A stretch of DNA of 64,000 nt from Polyangiaceae bacterium. GTDB lineage: Bacteria; Myxococcota_A; Polyangia; Polyangiales; Polyangiaceae. The stretch's first letter is position 1, and every line of letters starts with the position of its first letter. The DNA lies in contig JADLFU010000133.1 of the NCBI GenBank assembly GCA_020849655.1, positions 40,142 to 104,141 on the forward strand. Direction: 5' to 3'. The notes below the pieces were generated by a model. That model ran no database searches, was not told the origin of the DNA, and saw nothing but the letters and a program-made list of their open reading frames with translations. Below are positions 25,729-36,684 of the stretch, one piece after another. A program made the translations under genes and the position numbers.

Positions 25729-27339
25729 TCAAGGCGGCGGGTACGACGACAGCTTCGCGCCGAACACGAAGCGCTCGCCGACGGCCTCGGACAGGCTGAA
25801 CAAGAGACCGTTCGCGTCGTCGACCATCAGGTCCTCCGGGCTGTCGATCCACGCGCTCGTCGCGCTCTTCCCGGGCGCCACCCGGTAGAGCGCGCCGCCG
25901 CCGCCCGCGGGCTTGCTCGACGACAGGTACGCGACGCCGCCTCGCAGCGCGCCGCCCTGCACCTGCACCTGCCCCATCAGCCACGCGTGGCTGGGCCACG
26001 AGCGCCCGGGGGACGGCAGCCCCGTCGCCGGGTCGAGCGGCCACCGGAAGATGCGCCCCGAGAGCGCCGACGAGCACGAGGTCGTCGAGCAATACTCGCC
26101 GGAGACGAGCGCCGCCGTCCCGCCCGCGCGCTCGAGCGACACCCAGGAGAACCGGGGCCCGCACGCCGACGCCTCCTTGTAGCCGCCGACCTGCGGCAAC
26201 ACGTACTTGTAGAGCCCCGCGCGGCACACGCCGCCCGCGCAGCCGATGACGTCCTGATCGGTCTCGACCTGCAGGATCTTCTCCGTGTCGAACACCCGGA
26301 ACCCGTTGCTCGTGTCGGCGACGTACAGCCAGCGCTGGTACCAGGCGATGCCGCCCGCGTGGATGCTCACCGGCGCGAAGCTGGGCGCGGCGGCCGTGCC
26401 GGTGGGCGCGACGAGCAGCGCGAAGCGATAGGTGGGCTTCGTCGGATCGGTGACGTCGACGAACGCGAGACGCACGCCCTTGTCGTCCGAGCCGGCGGGC
26501 GCCGCGTCAGTGTCGAAATAGAAGCTGACGACCACCACGCGCCTGCCCGCCACGAGGCCGCCCGTCGCGTCCGCCGAGCCGGTGATCCCCTGCGGCACCC
26601 ACGTGGTCTTCGAGTTCTCGGCGTCGTCCCACCGAAACGCGAGCGAGACGCCGGGCGGCGCGCCGGGGACGCTCTTCACCGCGACCGGATCGCGGTTCGC
26701 GTCGGCGAGCACGTCGGCGATCTGCCTGTTCGGGAGCTTGGCGTCGAGCGCGGCGACGAGCGGGCCGTAGGAGGTCCACGTGGACGCGCGATCGATGGGG
26801 AACGCGCACCTGTCTTGCGACGCGAGCCCGTCGCCCTCCGAGAACCCCGCCGGCGCGCCGGGACACGCGGGCTTCACCGACGCGCACGGATCCGCGGGAG
26901 GCGCCCCCGCGCTCGCCATTCCGCCGCCTCCCCCCGCGCCCGCCACCGGGCCGCCGGCGCTCCCGGCCGACGTGCCCGCGTTGCCCGCTCCTCCTGAGTT
27001 CGCGCCCGCGCTGCCCGCGCCTCCTGCGTTCGCGCCCGCGTCGCCCGCGCCTCCTGCCTTCGCGCCCGCGTTGCCCGCGCCGCCAGCGCCTCCTGCCTTC
27101 GCGCCCGCGCCTCCCGCGTTCGCGCCCGCGCCTCCCGCGCCTCCTGCCTTCGCGCCCGCGCTGCCCGCACCTCCTGCCTTCGCGCCCGCGCCTCCGCCCC
27201 CCTGACCTCCCTGGCCCGCGGTCGCGCCCGAGTCGCCCGACGCGGACGCCGCGCCGTCGCCGCCGCACCCCAGCACACAACACAATCCAAACAATGCAAC
27301 CCGAGGGAGGGAGCGCCGCGTCACGAGGCTCGTTGCCAT
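25729..27339 (-). CDS. lipoprotein with (GGAGxAGAKA)n spacer and uncharacterised C-terminal beta-rich domain
   Basis: MATSLVTRRSLPRVALFGLCCVLGC lipobox. About 100 aa of Gly/Ala repeats. About 380-aa domain (..TTWVPQGITGSAD.., ..IAWYQRWLYVADTSNGFRVFD..) that I cannot assign to a family. Confidence 0.75.
   Translation of the reverse strand: MATSLVTRRSLPRVALFGLCCVLGCGGDGAASASGDSGATAGQGGQGGGGAGAKAGGAGSAGAKAGGAGGAGANAGGAGAKAGGAGGAGNAGAKAGGAGDAGANAGGAGSAGANSGGAGNAGTSAGSAGGPVAGAGGGGGMASAGAPPADPCASVKPACPGAPAGFSEGDGLASQDRCAFPIDRASTWTSYGPLVAALDAKLPNRQIADVLADANRDPVAVKSVPGAPPGVSLAFRWDDAENSKTTWVPQGITGSADATGGLVAGRRVVVVSFYFDTDAAPAGSDDKGVRLAFVDVTDPTKPTYRFALLVAPTGTAAAPSFAPVSIHAGGIAWYQRWLYVADTSNGFRVFDTEKILQVETDQDVIGCAGGVCRAGLYKYVLPQVGGYKEASACGPRFSWVSLERAGGTAALVSGEYCSTTSCSSALSGRIFRWPLDPATGLPSPGRSWPSHAWLMGQVQVQGGALRGGVAYLSSSKPAGGGGALYRVAPGKSATSAWIDSPEDLMVDDANGLLFSLSEAVGERFVFGAKLSSYPPP
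26975..27200 (-). repeat. Tandem ~30-nt coding repeats (Gly/Ala spacer)
   Basis: The plus-strand unit cgcgcccgcgctgcccgcgcctcctgcgtt is iterated about 7 times with point differences. Confidence 0.85.
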
Positions 27340-27401
27340 CCGCGCAACGTACGCGCGACAGGGCGCGAAGTCGCGCGCGCGTGGTGCTAGACAGCGGCGC
27401 C

Positions 27402-29705
27402 ATGGTCCCTGGGGACGGCGTCGACACCCACCAGCTGAACCCCGCGCAGGCCGACGCCGTCCGCCACGTCGACGGCCCGCTGCTCGTGTTCGCGGGCGCG
27501 GGCTCGGGCAAGACGCGCGTGATCACGTACCGCGTCGCCAACCTCGTCGCGCACCACCACGTCGCGCCGTACCGCGTGCTCGCCGTCACGTTCACGAACA
27601 AGGCCGCGGGCGAGATGCGCCACAGGCTCGACGCGCTCGCGGGGCCCGAGATCGCGCGCGACCTCTGGATCGGCACGTTCCACGCCGTCTGCGCGCGGCT
27701 GCTGCGGCGCTACCACGCGGACGTCGGGCTCGCGCGCGAGTTCGTCATCTACGACGACGCCGACCAGCGCGCCGTCGTCGCGCGCGCGCTGAAGGACCTC
27801 GAGGTCGACGAGCGGCGGTTCGCGCCCCGCCAGGTGCTCGGCCAGATCCACAAGGAGAAGCAGGAGGGGCGCACGCCCGCGGACGTCGAGGAGCGCGGGT
27901 TCGAGCACCACGTGCTCGCGAAGGCGTTCGCCGCGTACGAGGCGCGCCTGCGCGCCGCCAACGCGTGCGACTTCGACGATCTCTTGCTGCACGTCATGCG
28001 CCTCGCGGAGAGCGACGGCGAGGCGGGGCGCGAGCTCCGCGGGAGGTTCTCGCACGTGCTCGTCGACGAGTTCCAGGACACGAACCAGGTGCAGTACCGC
28101 CTCGTGCGCGCGCTCGCCGCCGGCACGCGGAACCTCTGCGCCGTCGGTGACGATGACCAGAGCATCTACCGGTGGCGCGGCGGCGACGTGCGCATCATCC
28201 GCGGGTTTCGCAGGGATTTCCCCGACGCGAAGGTGGTCAAGCTCGAGGAGAACTACCGCTCGAGCGCGCGCGTCCTCCGGGCCGCGCTCGCCGTCATCGC
28301 GCCGAGCCGCGAGCGCGAGCCGAAGGAGCTGTTCACCCGCAACCCCGACGGCGAGAAGCTGCGCGTGGTGCTCGCGCGCGACGAGCGCGACGAGGCGGCG
28401 TTCGTGTGCGGGGAGGTCAAGGCGAGGCTCGCCGCCGGCAAGTCACCCGACGACGTCGCCGTGTTCTACCGCGTGCACGCGCAGAGCCGCGTGCTCGAGG
28501 AGGCGCTGAGGAGCGAGGGCATCCCGTACCGCATCGTAGGCGGCACGCGGTTCTTCGACCGCGCCGAGATCAAGGATCTGTTGAGCTACCTGCGCGTGCT
28601 GTCGAACCCGCGGAGCGACGTCGATCTGCTGCGGGTCATCAACGTCCCGCCGCGCGGCATCGGCGACACGACGGTCGCGCGGCTCGGCGAGATCGCGCGC
28701 GACCGCGGCGTCGCGCTCTTCGACGCGCTCGACGTGGGGCGCCGCGCGGAGGCGCTCGGGGCGGCCCCGCGGAAGAAGGTGGAGGCGGTGTTCCTGCTGC
28801 TCGACGGCCTGCGGCGCGCGGCCGCCACGCTGTCACCGAGCGAGCTCTGCGCCCGCGTGCTCGAGGAGTCGGGGTACTCGCGGTGGCTCGAGGCCGAGGA
28901 CTCCGCGGAGGGAGACGCGCGCCTCGGCAACCTCGGCGAGCTCGTCGGGTCGATGACGGAGTTCGAGATCGAGGAGCAGGCCGCCGGCCGGGAGGTGTCC
29001 CTCGCGAGCTACCTCGAGCGCGTCTCCTTGCAGACGTCGGCCGACGAGGGCGCCGCCGCCGGCCCGAAGGTGTCGCTGATGACCGTGCACGCGGCGAAGG
29101 GCCTCGAGTTCGACACGGTGCTCCTGACGGGCATGGAGGAGCGGCTGTTTCCGTACGAGCGGGCCGACGGCGAGAGCGATCTCGAGGAGGAGCGCAGGCT
29201 CGGCTACGTCGCCGTCACCCGCGCGAAGCGGCGGCTCGTGCTCACGCACACGACGTTCCGCACCATCTTCGGCGACACCCGCGGCGGCGTGCCGAGCGCC
29301 TTCTTGCGCGATCTGCCGCGCGAGGACGTCGAGCACGTGACGACCCCCCAGGCGCGCGGCGCGGGCGGCGGCGCGCGATTGGCGCCCCCGAGCCACGCCT
29401 CGTTCGCGGGGGGCGGCGCGCGCGCGTGGGAGGGGCGCGCGCCGACGGCCCGGCGCGGCCCGGTGTTCCAGCGCGAGGCGCCCGCCCGCCCCGAGCCCCG
29501 CCGGGAGCCCGGCGAGCGGTGGGTGGAGCGCGATCCGGACGCCGGCGACGACGCCGCGCTCGCCCGCGGCGCGAGGGTCCGCCACCCGCGGTTCGGCGAG
29601 GGGACGGTCCGGGCTCTCGAGGGGGGCGCGACGCCGAGCGCGACTGTGCATTTCCCCGGCTGGGGAGAGCGGCGTATCCTCCTACGATTCCTCTCCATCG
29701 CGTGA
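27402..29705 (+). CDS. uvrD: ATP-dependent DNA helicase UvrD/PcrA
   Basis: ATG 27402. [96 protein letters not shown]. Confidence 0.93.
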   Translation: MVPGDGVDTHQLNPAQADAVRHVDGPLLVFAGAGSGKTRVITYRVANLVAHHHVAPYRVLAVTFTNKAAGEMRHRLDALAGPEIARDLWIGTFHAVCARLLRRYHADVGLAREFVIYDDADQRAVVARALKDLEVDERRFAPRQVLGQIHKEKQEGRTPADVEERGFEHHVLAKAFAAYEARLRAANACDFDDLLLHVMRLAESDGEAGRELRGRFSHVLVDEFQDTNQVQYRLVRALAAGTRNLCAVGDDDQSIYRWRGGDVRIIRGFRRDFPDAKVVKLEENYRSSARVLRAALAVIAPSREREPKELFTRNPDGEKLRVVLARDERDEAAFVCGEVKARLAAGKSPDDVAVFYRVHAQSRVLEEALRSEGIPYRIVGGTRFFDRAEIKDLLSYLRVLSNPRSDVDLLRVINVPPRGIGDTTVARLGEIARDRGVALFDALDVGRRAEALGAAPRKKVEAVFLLLDGLRRAAATLSPSELCARVLEESGYSRWLEAEDSAEGDARLGNLGELVGSMTEFEIEEQAAGREVSLASYLERVSLQTSADEGAAAGPKVSLMTVHAAKGLEFDTVLLTGMEERLFPYERADGESDLEEERRLGYVAVTRAKRRLVLTHTTFRTIFGDTRGGVPSAFLRDLPREDVEHVTTPQARGAGGGARLAPPSHASFAGGGARAWEGRAPTARRGPVFQREAPARPEPRREPGERWVERDPDAGDDAALARGARVRHPRFGEGTVRALEGGATPSATVHFPGWGERRILLRFLSIA

Positions 29706-29709
29706 CGCC

Positions 29710-31746
29710 ATGGCCTCGACCCTCACAAGAGTAGAGCTCGACCGACTGATCGCCGACGTGAGAGGCAGAGGCGCGCGCCCACCCCTCGACACCGTGCAGC
29801 CGCACCAGCGAGCGCCGCTCCTGATCGCGGCAGCGTGCGCGGGCCAGCCACCCTCCGCGGGCGAGATGGCGCAGGTGTTCGACGGCGCGCCGACCGAGCT
29901 GCTCGCGGCGCTCGTCATCGCCGCCACAGGCCCGAGGGCGGCGACGCTCGTCGAGCTCGTCGAGCGCCGCAAGATGCCGCCGGAGCACGAGGGCTACGCG
30001 CTCCTGTTCGCGTCGCTGCTCGTCGCGACGGGCGAGCCCGCGCCCCCCCGGCTGCTGCCGGTGCTGCGCAAGAAGCTGCTCGCCGAGGTCGGCGTCGAGG
30101 CGACCCTCGCGCTCTGCGCGGCGGCAAACCTCACGACCGATCCGGAGTGCCACAAGCTCGAGCGCGACCTCGCGCCCTGGGCGCCGCCGGGCTCGGTGAA
30201 GAAGCTCGTCGGCGACATGAAGCGCCGCTTCGCCGACGGAGACCCGCGCCTCGCCTTGCCCGAGCGCGCGGAGGGCACGGTGGTGAGCGGGTTCACCGCG
30301 CGACGCGCGACGCCGAAGGTCGGCCGCAACGATCCGTGTCCCTGCGGCAGCGGCAAGAAATACAAGAAGTGCTGCGAGGCGAAGGACGCCACGCGCGCGC
30401 AGGATCCGTCGCCCGTGCCGGGGATGACGCGCGTGGAGTGGCTCGCCGCCGGCGCGCCGAACCTCGGCGTCGACGACGTCGAGGCGCTCTCGGTGGACGA
30501 TCTCGCGCGGGTCGATCCCGCGCGCTCACCGACGGAGGCCGTCCTGCGCCTGCTCTCGGTCCTCCTCGGGGCGCACCGCTTCGACCTCATCGACCCGGTG
30601 CTGGACGATCTCGCGCGCCGCCCGTCGCTCCCCGGCGGCGAGACGCTGGAGAAGCTCACGAACGACGCCATCGCGGAGGCGCTCCGCGCGCGGGCCCTCG
30701 ACGCGGCGGAGCGGCTCGCGGCGCGCGCCCAGGATCCCGCGACGCTGCCGCTCGATCTGCGCCTCAGCCTGCGGTTCGCGAAGCTCACGGGGCTCGCCGA
30801 GCTCGACGAGGTCGCGAGGAAGGCGCTGCTCGACGAGAAGTCGGACGAGTGCATCGCGCTGCCCTACGCGGTGCTCGACCACGCGCCGTCGCTCGGCGTG
30901 CTGGTCGCGCGCGGCGCGATCCCGATGATCTCGAGCGCGGAGGCGCGCACGCTGCTCGAGGAGGTCGAGGACGCGTGCGCGCGCGCGGGGCTGCCCCTCG
31001 AGACCGCCGGCTGGGAGATCGTCGACGGCTTCGAGAAGCTCGACGGCGAGGTCGAGGAGGAAGAGCGCGCGCGCAAGCAGCTGGAGGACGCGCGCGCCCT
31101 GGCCGAGCGCCGGCTGTTCGAGGCCGAGCGCCGGGCGCGGGCGGCGGAGGAGCTCCGCGCGGCAGGAGAGGCCCGCGCGGCGGCAGCCGAGGCCCGCGTC
31201 GCCGAGCTCTCGACCGCGACCGACCGCGACCTCGCGCGGCTGCTCCAGTCCGAGCTCGAGGCCCGCAGGCGCGCGGAGGCGAAGGTCGCCGAGCTGCGCG
31301 CGCTGGTCGCCGACGGCGTGCGCGAGCGGGCCGAGCTGCGCAAGCGCGTGGCCGAGGTGGAGGCGGCGCGCGCCGCGGCCCCGCCGACGTCGTCGCGCGA
31401 CTCGGCCGAGGTCCCGTCGTCGCCGATCTCGGAGGAGGAGCCCGTCTCCGGCAGCGTGATCGCGCCGCGCGGGCTGCACGTGCCGTCGTTCGACGACGGC
31501 GCGCTCGCGTCGATGCGGCGCCTGCCGAAGCACGTCTCCGAGGACGCGCTCGCCGTCGCGGCGGGCCTCGGCGGCGGCAAGGGCTGGCACAACGTGAAGC
31601 AGATGCAGGACATCGCGCCGCCGCTGTTCTCGGTGCGCCTCGGCATCCACCACCGGATGCTGTTCCGCATCGAGCAGGACCGCCTGATGGTGTGCGACGT
31701 GCTGCCGCGCGAGTCGCTCGACGCTCAGCTCAAGCGCTACCGCTGA
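29710..31746 (+). CDS. SEC-C motif protein with coiled coil and C-terminal RelE/ParE-like domain
   Basis: Starts 4 nt after uvr[19 protein letters not shown] at nt 30322-30375. Long Ala/Arg/Glu coiled coil. The last ~95 aa align by eye to RelE. Confidence 0.8.
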   Translation: MASTLTRVELDRLIADVRGRGARPPLDTVQPHQRAPLLIAAACAGQPPSAGEMAQVFDGAPTELLAALVIAATGPRAATLVELVERRKMPPEHEGYALLFASLLVATGEPAPPRLLPVLRKKLLAEVGVEATLALCAAANLTTDPECHKLERDLAPWAPPGSVKKLVGDMKRRFADGDPRLALPERAEGTVVSGFTARRATPKVGRNDPCPCGSGKKYKKCCEAKDATRAQDPSPVPGMTRVEWLAAGAPNLGVDDVEALSVDDLARVDPARSPTEAVLRLLSVLLGAHRFDLIDPVLDDLARRPSLPGGETLEKLTNDAIAEALRARALDAAERLAARAQDPATLPLDLRLSLRFAKLTGLAELDEVARKALLDEKSDECIALPYAVLDHAPSLGVLVARGAIPMISSAEARTLLEEVEDACARAGLPLETAGWEIVDGFEKLDGEVEEEERARKQLEDARALAERRLFEAERRARAAEELRAAGEARAAAAEARVAELSTATDRDLARLLQSELEARRRAEAKVAELRALVADGVRERAELRKRVAEVEAARAAAPPTSSRDSAEVPSSPISEEEPVSGSVIAPRGLHVPSFDDGALASMRRLPKHVSEDALAVAAGLGGGKGWHNVKQMQDIAPPLFSVRLGIHHRMLFRIEQDRLMVCDVLPRESLDAQLKRYR

Positions 31747-33031
31747 CGCGCGCGACGATCTCGGACGCGTAGCGGAGCGCGTGCGACAGATCGAACGCGC
31801 GCTCGATCCTCTCGCGACCGAGGCGCCCGGAGACGTCCGGGTCCGCGAGCAGGTTCGCGCGGAAGTCCTGGCCCAGCGTGAGCGCCTTCATCGCGTTGCG
31901 CTGCACGAGCACGTACGCCTCCTGGCGCGGCAGGCCCGTCTCGACGAGCGCGAGCAACAGCGCCTCGCTGAAGAAGAGGCCGCCGGTGCGGTCGAGGTTC
32001 TGGCGCAGGCGCTCGGGGTACACGACGAGCCCGTCGACGAGGGCCTTCGCGCGGTCCTGCATGCACGCGAGCGTCGTCGTCGCGTCGGGCGCGATCATCC
32101 GCTCGACGCTGGAGTGCGAGATGTCCCGCTCGTGCCACAGCGCGACGTCCTCGAGCGCGGGCAGCGCGTAGCCGCGGAGCATCCGCGCGAGGCCCGTGAG
32201 GTTCTCGCTGAGGATGGGGTTACGTTTGTGAGGCATCGCCGACGAGCCCTTCTGCCCCGCGGTGAACGCCTCCTCGGCCTCGCCGACCTCGTTGCGCTGC
32301 CAGTGCCGCACGTTCGTCGCGAGGCGCTCGACCCCCGCGCCGACGAGCGCGAGCGCCACGAAGAAGGCGGCGTGCCGATCGCGCGGCACGATCTGGGTCG
32401 AGACCGTCTCGGGCAAGAGGCCGAGCCCCGAGAGCGCGTCGCGCTCGATCTCGGGCGAGAGGTGCGCGTACGTGCCGACCGCGCCGGCGATCTTGCCGAC
32501 CGCGATCTCGGCGCGCGCGGCCCGGAGGCGTTCGATCCCGCGCGCGGCCTCCGCGGCGTGCCCCGCGAGCGCGACGCCGAACGTGATCGGCTCGGCGTGG
32601 ATGCCGTGCGAGCGACCGATCATCGGCGTCGTCGCGTGCTCCTGCGCGCGGGTGACGAGCGAGGCCGCGTAGGCCGCCTGGCGCGCGATGAGCGCGTCGG
32701 CGGCGCGCGTGAGCAGGAGCGCGAGGCTCGTGTCGAGCAGATCGCTCGAGGTCATCCCGCGGTGCAGCCAGCGCGCGTCCGGGCCCGCGAGCTCCTCGAC
32801 GTGCGTCAAGAAGGCGATGACGTCGTGCTTCACCGTCCGCTCGATCTCGTCGATGCGCGCGGGATCGAGCGCGAGCTGCTTGGCGCGCAGCCTCGCGGCC
32901 GTGCCCTCGGGGACGAGCCCGGCGCGCTCCATGGCCTCGCAGGCGGCGAGCTCGACGTCGAGCCAGGTCGCGAAACGGGTCGTGTCGGACCACAGCGCGG
33001 CCATGTCCTTGGGCGTGTATCGAGGGATCAT
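31730..33031 (-). CDS. purB: adenylosuccinate lyase
   Basis: [16 protein letters not shown]..., [17 protein letters not shown] signature. Convergent 17-nt overlap with the preceding gene. Confidence 0.95.
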   Translation of the reverse strand: MIPRYTPKDMAALWSDTTRFATWLDVELAACEAMERAGLVPEGTAARLRAKQLALDPARIDEIERTVKHDVIAFLTHVEELAGPDARWLHRGMTSSDLLDTSLALLLTRAADALIARQAAYAASLVTRAQEHATTPMIGRSHGIHAEPITFGVALAGHAAEAARGIERLRAARAEIAVGKIAGAVGTYAHLSPEIERDALSGLGLLPETVSTQIVPRDRHAAFFVALALVGAGVERLATNVRHWQRNEVGEAEEAFTAGQKGSSAMPHKRNPILSENLTGLARMLRGYALPALEDVALWHERDISHSSVERMIAPDATTTLACMQDRAKALVDGLVVYPERLRQNLDRTGGLFFSEALLLALVETGLPRQEAYVLVQRNAMKALTLGQDFRANLLADPDVSGRLGRERIERAFDLSHALRYASEIVARVSGSA

Positions 33032-33073
33032 CGCGCGCGTGCGCTTAGCCGGGTTCTCCCCCGTGAGGAAGGC

Positions 33074-33931
33074 TCACCACGCGCCGACGATCGCCGCGCC
33101 CGTCGCGTCCCCGACGCGCAGCGGGACGAGCGTCACGGTCGGCGGCGCGCCGCTCGCCGCGAACCCCCGCCCGACGCTGCCCCCGATCGCCTGACCGAGC
33201 AGCGCCCCCGCGGCGACGTCGCTCGGGAAGTGGTGCACGCCGACGAGCATCCCGGCCGCGATCGCCGCGGCGCCGCCGTACGACGCGACGGCGACCCACG
33301 GGCGGTCGCCCTGCACCGCCGAGATCGACGCGGCGAGCGCGACGGCGACCGACGTGTGCCCCGACGGCCACGCGGTGCGCTCGAGGCTCGGCGGCTCCCA
33401 CGTGCGCGCGAGGCCCGGGTGGTCGCGCGCGGCCGGATCGGCGCGCGGGTAGCCGCCGAGCGGGTACGGGCGCCCCGTCAGCAACTTCGCGGCGGCCGTG
33501 GCCGCGAACGTCAGCGTCACCGCCTGCAGCGCGGCGGCGCCCGTCGCGGCGAGGCGGCGGCGCTCGGTCGCGAGCCCCGCGCCCCACGCCGACAGGCCGA
33601 CGACGGGCGGAGCGATCCAGCCGGCGAGCACCATGGCGTCGGCGAACGAGTAGAGCCCTGGCGCGTCGAGCGCGCGGCGCCCCTCGTGGTCGCCGCCGGA
33701 CCACGACAGGGCGACCGTCGACGCCACCGCCGCGCCGTGCAGCCACAGCGACGGGCCCGAGAACGCGTCGGCCGCGTGACGCCCGACGCCGTCGACGGGT
33801 GTGGGCATCGGCTCCGCCGCCAGCGCCCGCAGCGGCGCGAGCGCCGACAGGGCGGCCGCCACCGTCAGCCAGCGGCGCGCGGCGCGACCTCGAGCTTGAC
33901 CTCTTGCCAGTCGCCCTTCGCGAACTTCCAC
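33074..33931 (-). CDS. PAP2-family phosphatase (membrane); start uncertain
   Basis: [23 protein letters not shown] acid-phosphatase motifs. Candidate GTG starts at 33931 (gives an Arg-rich n-region plus [18 protein letters not shown] signal) or 33862. Either start overlaps or abuts the MATE gene stop (33865). Confidence 0.7.
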   Translation of the reverse strand: MEVREGRLARGQARGRAARRWLTVAAALSALAPLRALAAEPMPTPVDGVGRHAADAFSGPSLWLHGAAVASTVALSWSGGDHEGRRALDAPGLYSFADAMVLAGWIAPPVVGLSAWGAGLATERRRLAATGAAALQAVTLTFAATAAAKLLTGRPYPLGGYPRADPAARDHPGLARTWEPPSLERTAWPSGHTSVAVALAASISAVQGDRPWVAVASYGGAAAIAAGMLVGVHHFPSDVAAGALLGQAIGGSVGRGFAASGAPPTVTLVPLRVGDATGAAIVGAW

Positions 33932-35322
33932 ACCATGACTCCACACAAACCGAACACATACACCACGGCCGCGGCCCAGATGCCGGGCAGGCCGAGGTTC
34001 AGCGTGATGCCGAGCAGCCACGCGAGGGGCACGAGGCAGGTGAAGTGCAGCACGAGCTCGACGATCATCACGAACATCGCCCGGCCGGCGCCGAACAGGG
34101 CCTGCGTCAGGATCATCCCGACGGCGATGAGCGGCGTGCACAGGCCCATCGTCCGCATCGGCAGGAGCGCCGCCGCCTGCACCTCGGGGCTGTGGGTGAC
34201 GAACGCGAGGATGGGCTTCGTGAACAGCAGGCCCTCGCAGACGCCGACGACGCCGAAGATCACGAGGCCGAGCTTCACGGCGACCCAGCCGAACTTGCGC
34301 GCGTCCTCGGGCTTGCCCGAGCCGAGCGACTGCGACACGAGCGTGGCCGCCGAGGTGCCGAAGGCGAGGCACGCGGTGAACGTGAGCTTCAGCACGCCGA
34401 CGATGTCGGTCGTCGCGGCGCTGTTGACGGCCTGCGCGCGCCCGCACTCGCTCGACACGAGCGACGCCGCGTTCATCGCGTCGAGCTTCGAGACGATCCA
34501 CGAGAACATCGCGAAGCCGCTCATCACCGCGACGGTGGCGATCGCGCTCGGGATCGAGAGCTTCAGGATGCCCCACGTCAGGCGGCGGTCGAGCTTGCGG
34601 AGGTCGAACGGGTGGAACCCATGGCGGAACTCCCGCTTCAGCGCGTAGCCGACCATGATGAAGAGGCCGATCCACGTCGAGACGAAGCCGCCGAGCCCGG
34701 CGCCGCCGATGCCCATCCGCGGCATGCCGTGCGCGCCGAAGATGAACAGGTAGCAGACGGCGATGTTGATCGCGTTCATCACGACGGCGCTGATGAGGTG
34801 GACGTGCGTCTTGCCGATCGCGTCGAAGAACGCCTTGAACGCGAAGGTCACCGCCATGCTCACGATGCCGAGCAGGCGCCACTGCAGGTACGACGTCGCC
34901 GCGACCTGCACCGCCTCGACCTTGATGAGCCCGCGCACGATGTGGGGCATCGCGAGGTAGCCGCCGACGGTGAAGACGACCCCGGCGGTGAGCGCGAAGA
35001 ACCACGCGTTCATCAGCACGGCGCCCGCCTCCTCGGGCTTGCCCTCGCCCATGCGCCGCGCCGTCCACGCCTGCGTGCCGACGCTGATGGCCGAGAGCGA
35101 GCCGCCGAACAGCCACAGCACGATCAGCGACGGCAGGAGCGCCGCCTGCGCGTCGGACGACTCCGGGCACGGCAGGTGCGCGAAGAAGACGATGTCGATC
35201 TCGTTGACGACGCTCTGCGTGAGCATCGCGACCACCGTCGGCGCGGCGAGCTTGAGGATGACCTTGTAGGGGTTGCCCGAGGTGTCGACGGGCGCCGCGG
35301 GTGCGGTGGGGATCGCTGCCAT
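33865..35322 (-). CDS. MATE family efflux transporter
   Basis: ATG 35322 (MAAIPTAPAAPVDTSGNPYKVILKLAAPTVVAMLTQSVVNEIDIVFFAHL). 12-TM-like hydrophobic pattern. Sits inside track ORF 33865..36609. Confidence 0.9.
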   Translation of the reverse strand: MAAIPTAPAAPVDTSGNPYKVILKLAAPTVVAMLTQSVVNEIDIVFFAHLPCPESSDAQAALLPSLIVLWLFGGSLSAISVGTQAWTARRMGEGKPEEAGAVLMNAWFFALTAGVVFTVGGYLAMPHIVRGLIKVEAVQVAATSYLQWRLLGIVSMAVTFAFKAFFDAIGKTHVHLISAVVMNAINIAVCYLFIFGAHGMPRMGIGGAGLGGFVSTWIGLFIMVGYALKREFRHGFHPFDLRKLDRRLTWGILKLSIPSAIATVAVMSGFAMFSWIVSKLDAMNAASLVSSECGRAQAVNSAATTDIVGVLKLTFTACLAFGTSAATLVSQSLGSGKPEDARKFGWVAVKLGLVIFGVVGVCEGLLFTKPILAFVTHSPEVQAAALLPMRTMGLCTPLIAVGMILTQALFGAGRAMFVMIVELVLHFTCLVPLAWLLGITLNLGLPGIWAAAVVYVFGLCGVMVWKFAKGDWQEVKLEVAPRAAG

Positions 35323-35448
35323 CTTGGGGTCGCCCGCGCGCGGCGCGTCGGGGCCCGGGGGCTTAGGGTGGCGCAGCCGGGCGCGCAAGCGCGGCGGCCG
35401 GGCGGCGCGGTCGCTCGCGAGGGGGTTTCGCGGTAGGAGGCGTGCCGC

Positions 35449-36684
35449 ATGCCGCCCGCAGCGCTGGATCCGATCGAGGTGCTCTCCCGAGGCACGGTGG
35501 ACGTCGTCGTCCGCGCGGAGCTCGAGCAGAAGCTCGCGGCGTTCGCGCGCGGCCTGCGCGGGCCGCTCCGCGTGAAGGCCGGCTTCGATCCCACCCGGCC
35601 CGATCTGCACCTCGGTCACGTCGTGCTCCTGCAGAAGCTCCGGCAGTTTCAGCAGCTCGGGCACACGATCGTCTTCCTCATCGGCGACACGACGGCGATG
35701 GTGGGCGATCCGACGGGCCAGAACGATCTGCGCCCGCGCCTCTCGCGCGAGGAGGTGCTCGCGGCCGCCGAGACGTACCAGGCCCAGGCCTTCAAGGTGC
35801 TCGACCGCGACGCGACCGAGGTGCGGTGGAACGGCGAGTGGCTCGGCAAGCTCTCGTCGCTCGAGTTCATCGAGCTCGCGGCGAAGACGACCGTCGCGCG
35901 CATCATGGAGCGCGACGACTTCGAGAAGCGCTGGAGCGAGCGCCGCCCCATCTACCAGCACGAGCTCTTGTACCCGCTGCTCCAGGGCTACGACTCGGTC
36001 GCGCTCGACGCCGACCTCGAGCTCGGCGGCACCGATCAGCTCTTCAACCTCAACGTCGGCCGCGATCTGATGCCCCGCTACGGCAAGCCCGCGCAGTCGG
36101 TGCTGACGGTGCCGCTCCTCGAGGGCACCGACGCGCGCGTCGTCGACGGCAGGGTCGTCGGCAAGAAGATGTCGAAGAGCGCCGACAACTACATCGGCAT
36201 CACCGAGGCGCCGCTCGTGATGTTCCGCAAGTGCATGCAGATCGACGACGAGGTGATCTGGCGCTACTTCGAGCTGCTCTCCCGCCGCTCGACGGCCGAG
36301 CTCCGCGAGCTGCGCGCGGCGACGACCGATCCGCGCGAGCCGAAGCGCCTGTTCGCGCGGGAGATGGTCGCGCGCTTCCACGACGACGAGGCCGCGGCGC
36401 TCGCCGAGCGCGAGTTCGCGAGCGTGTACCTCGGCGAGGGGCTCCCCGCGGACATCCCCGAGGTGAGCGTCGCGGCGGACGGCGACACGCTCTGGCTGCC
36501 GAAGGCGCTCGTCGCCGCGAGGCTCGCGAGCTCCACGAGCGACGGGCGCAGGCAGCTCACCGACGGCTGGGTCGAGGTCGACGGCGCGCGCGTGACCGAT
36601 CCGAAGCACGCCCTGCCGCGCGGCGCGTACCTGCTGCGCGTGGGCTCGAAGAACCGAAAATTCGCGCGCGTCACGGTCGCGTGA
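35449..36684 (+). CDS. tyrS: tyrosine--tRNA ligase
   Basis: HIGH-type DLHLGH, KMSKS present, C-terminal S4-like domain (...LTDGWVEVDGARV). Confidence 0.95.
   Translation: MPPAALDPIEVLSRGTVDVVVRAELEQKLAAFARGLRGPLRVKAGFDPTRPDLHLGHVVLLQKLRQFQQLGHTIVFLIGDTTAMVGDPTGQNDLRPRLSREEVLAAAETYQAQAFKVLDRDATEVRWNGEWLGKLSSLEFIELAAKTTVARIMERDDFEKRWSERRPIYQHELLYPLLQGYDSVALDADLELGGTDQLFNLNVGRDLMPRYGKPAQSVLTVPLLEGTDARVVDGRVVGKKMSKSADNYIGITEAPLVMFRKCMQIDDEVIWRYFELLSRRSTAELRELRAATTDPREPKRLFAREMVARFHDDEAAALAEREFASVYLGEGLPADIPEVSVAADGDTLWLPKALVAARLASSTSDGRRQLTDGWVEVDGARVTDPKHALPRGAYLLRVGSKNRKFARVTVA

Noticed and set aside
25700-25760. ggccGTAGCTCAGCTcagcgctcc resembles the acceptor and D-arm start of a tRNA gene.
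   Set aside because: There is no GGGAGAGC-type D-loop continuation, no anticodon stem and no GGTTCGAATCC-like T-arm downstream. The segment also overlaps the 3' end of CDS 25729..27339.
31585-31610. TGGCAC and similar TGGCA(C/T) hits elsewhere, examined as sigma-54 -24 elements because an enhancer-binding protein is present.
   Set aside because: None has a TTGC(A/T) at the required spacing. The best look-alike (minus strand near 57885-57910, TGGCAAccccTGCTT) is 2 nt too short.
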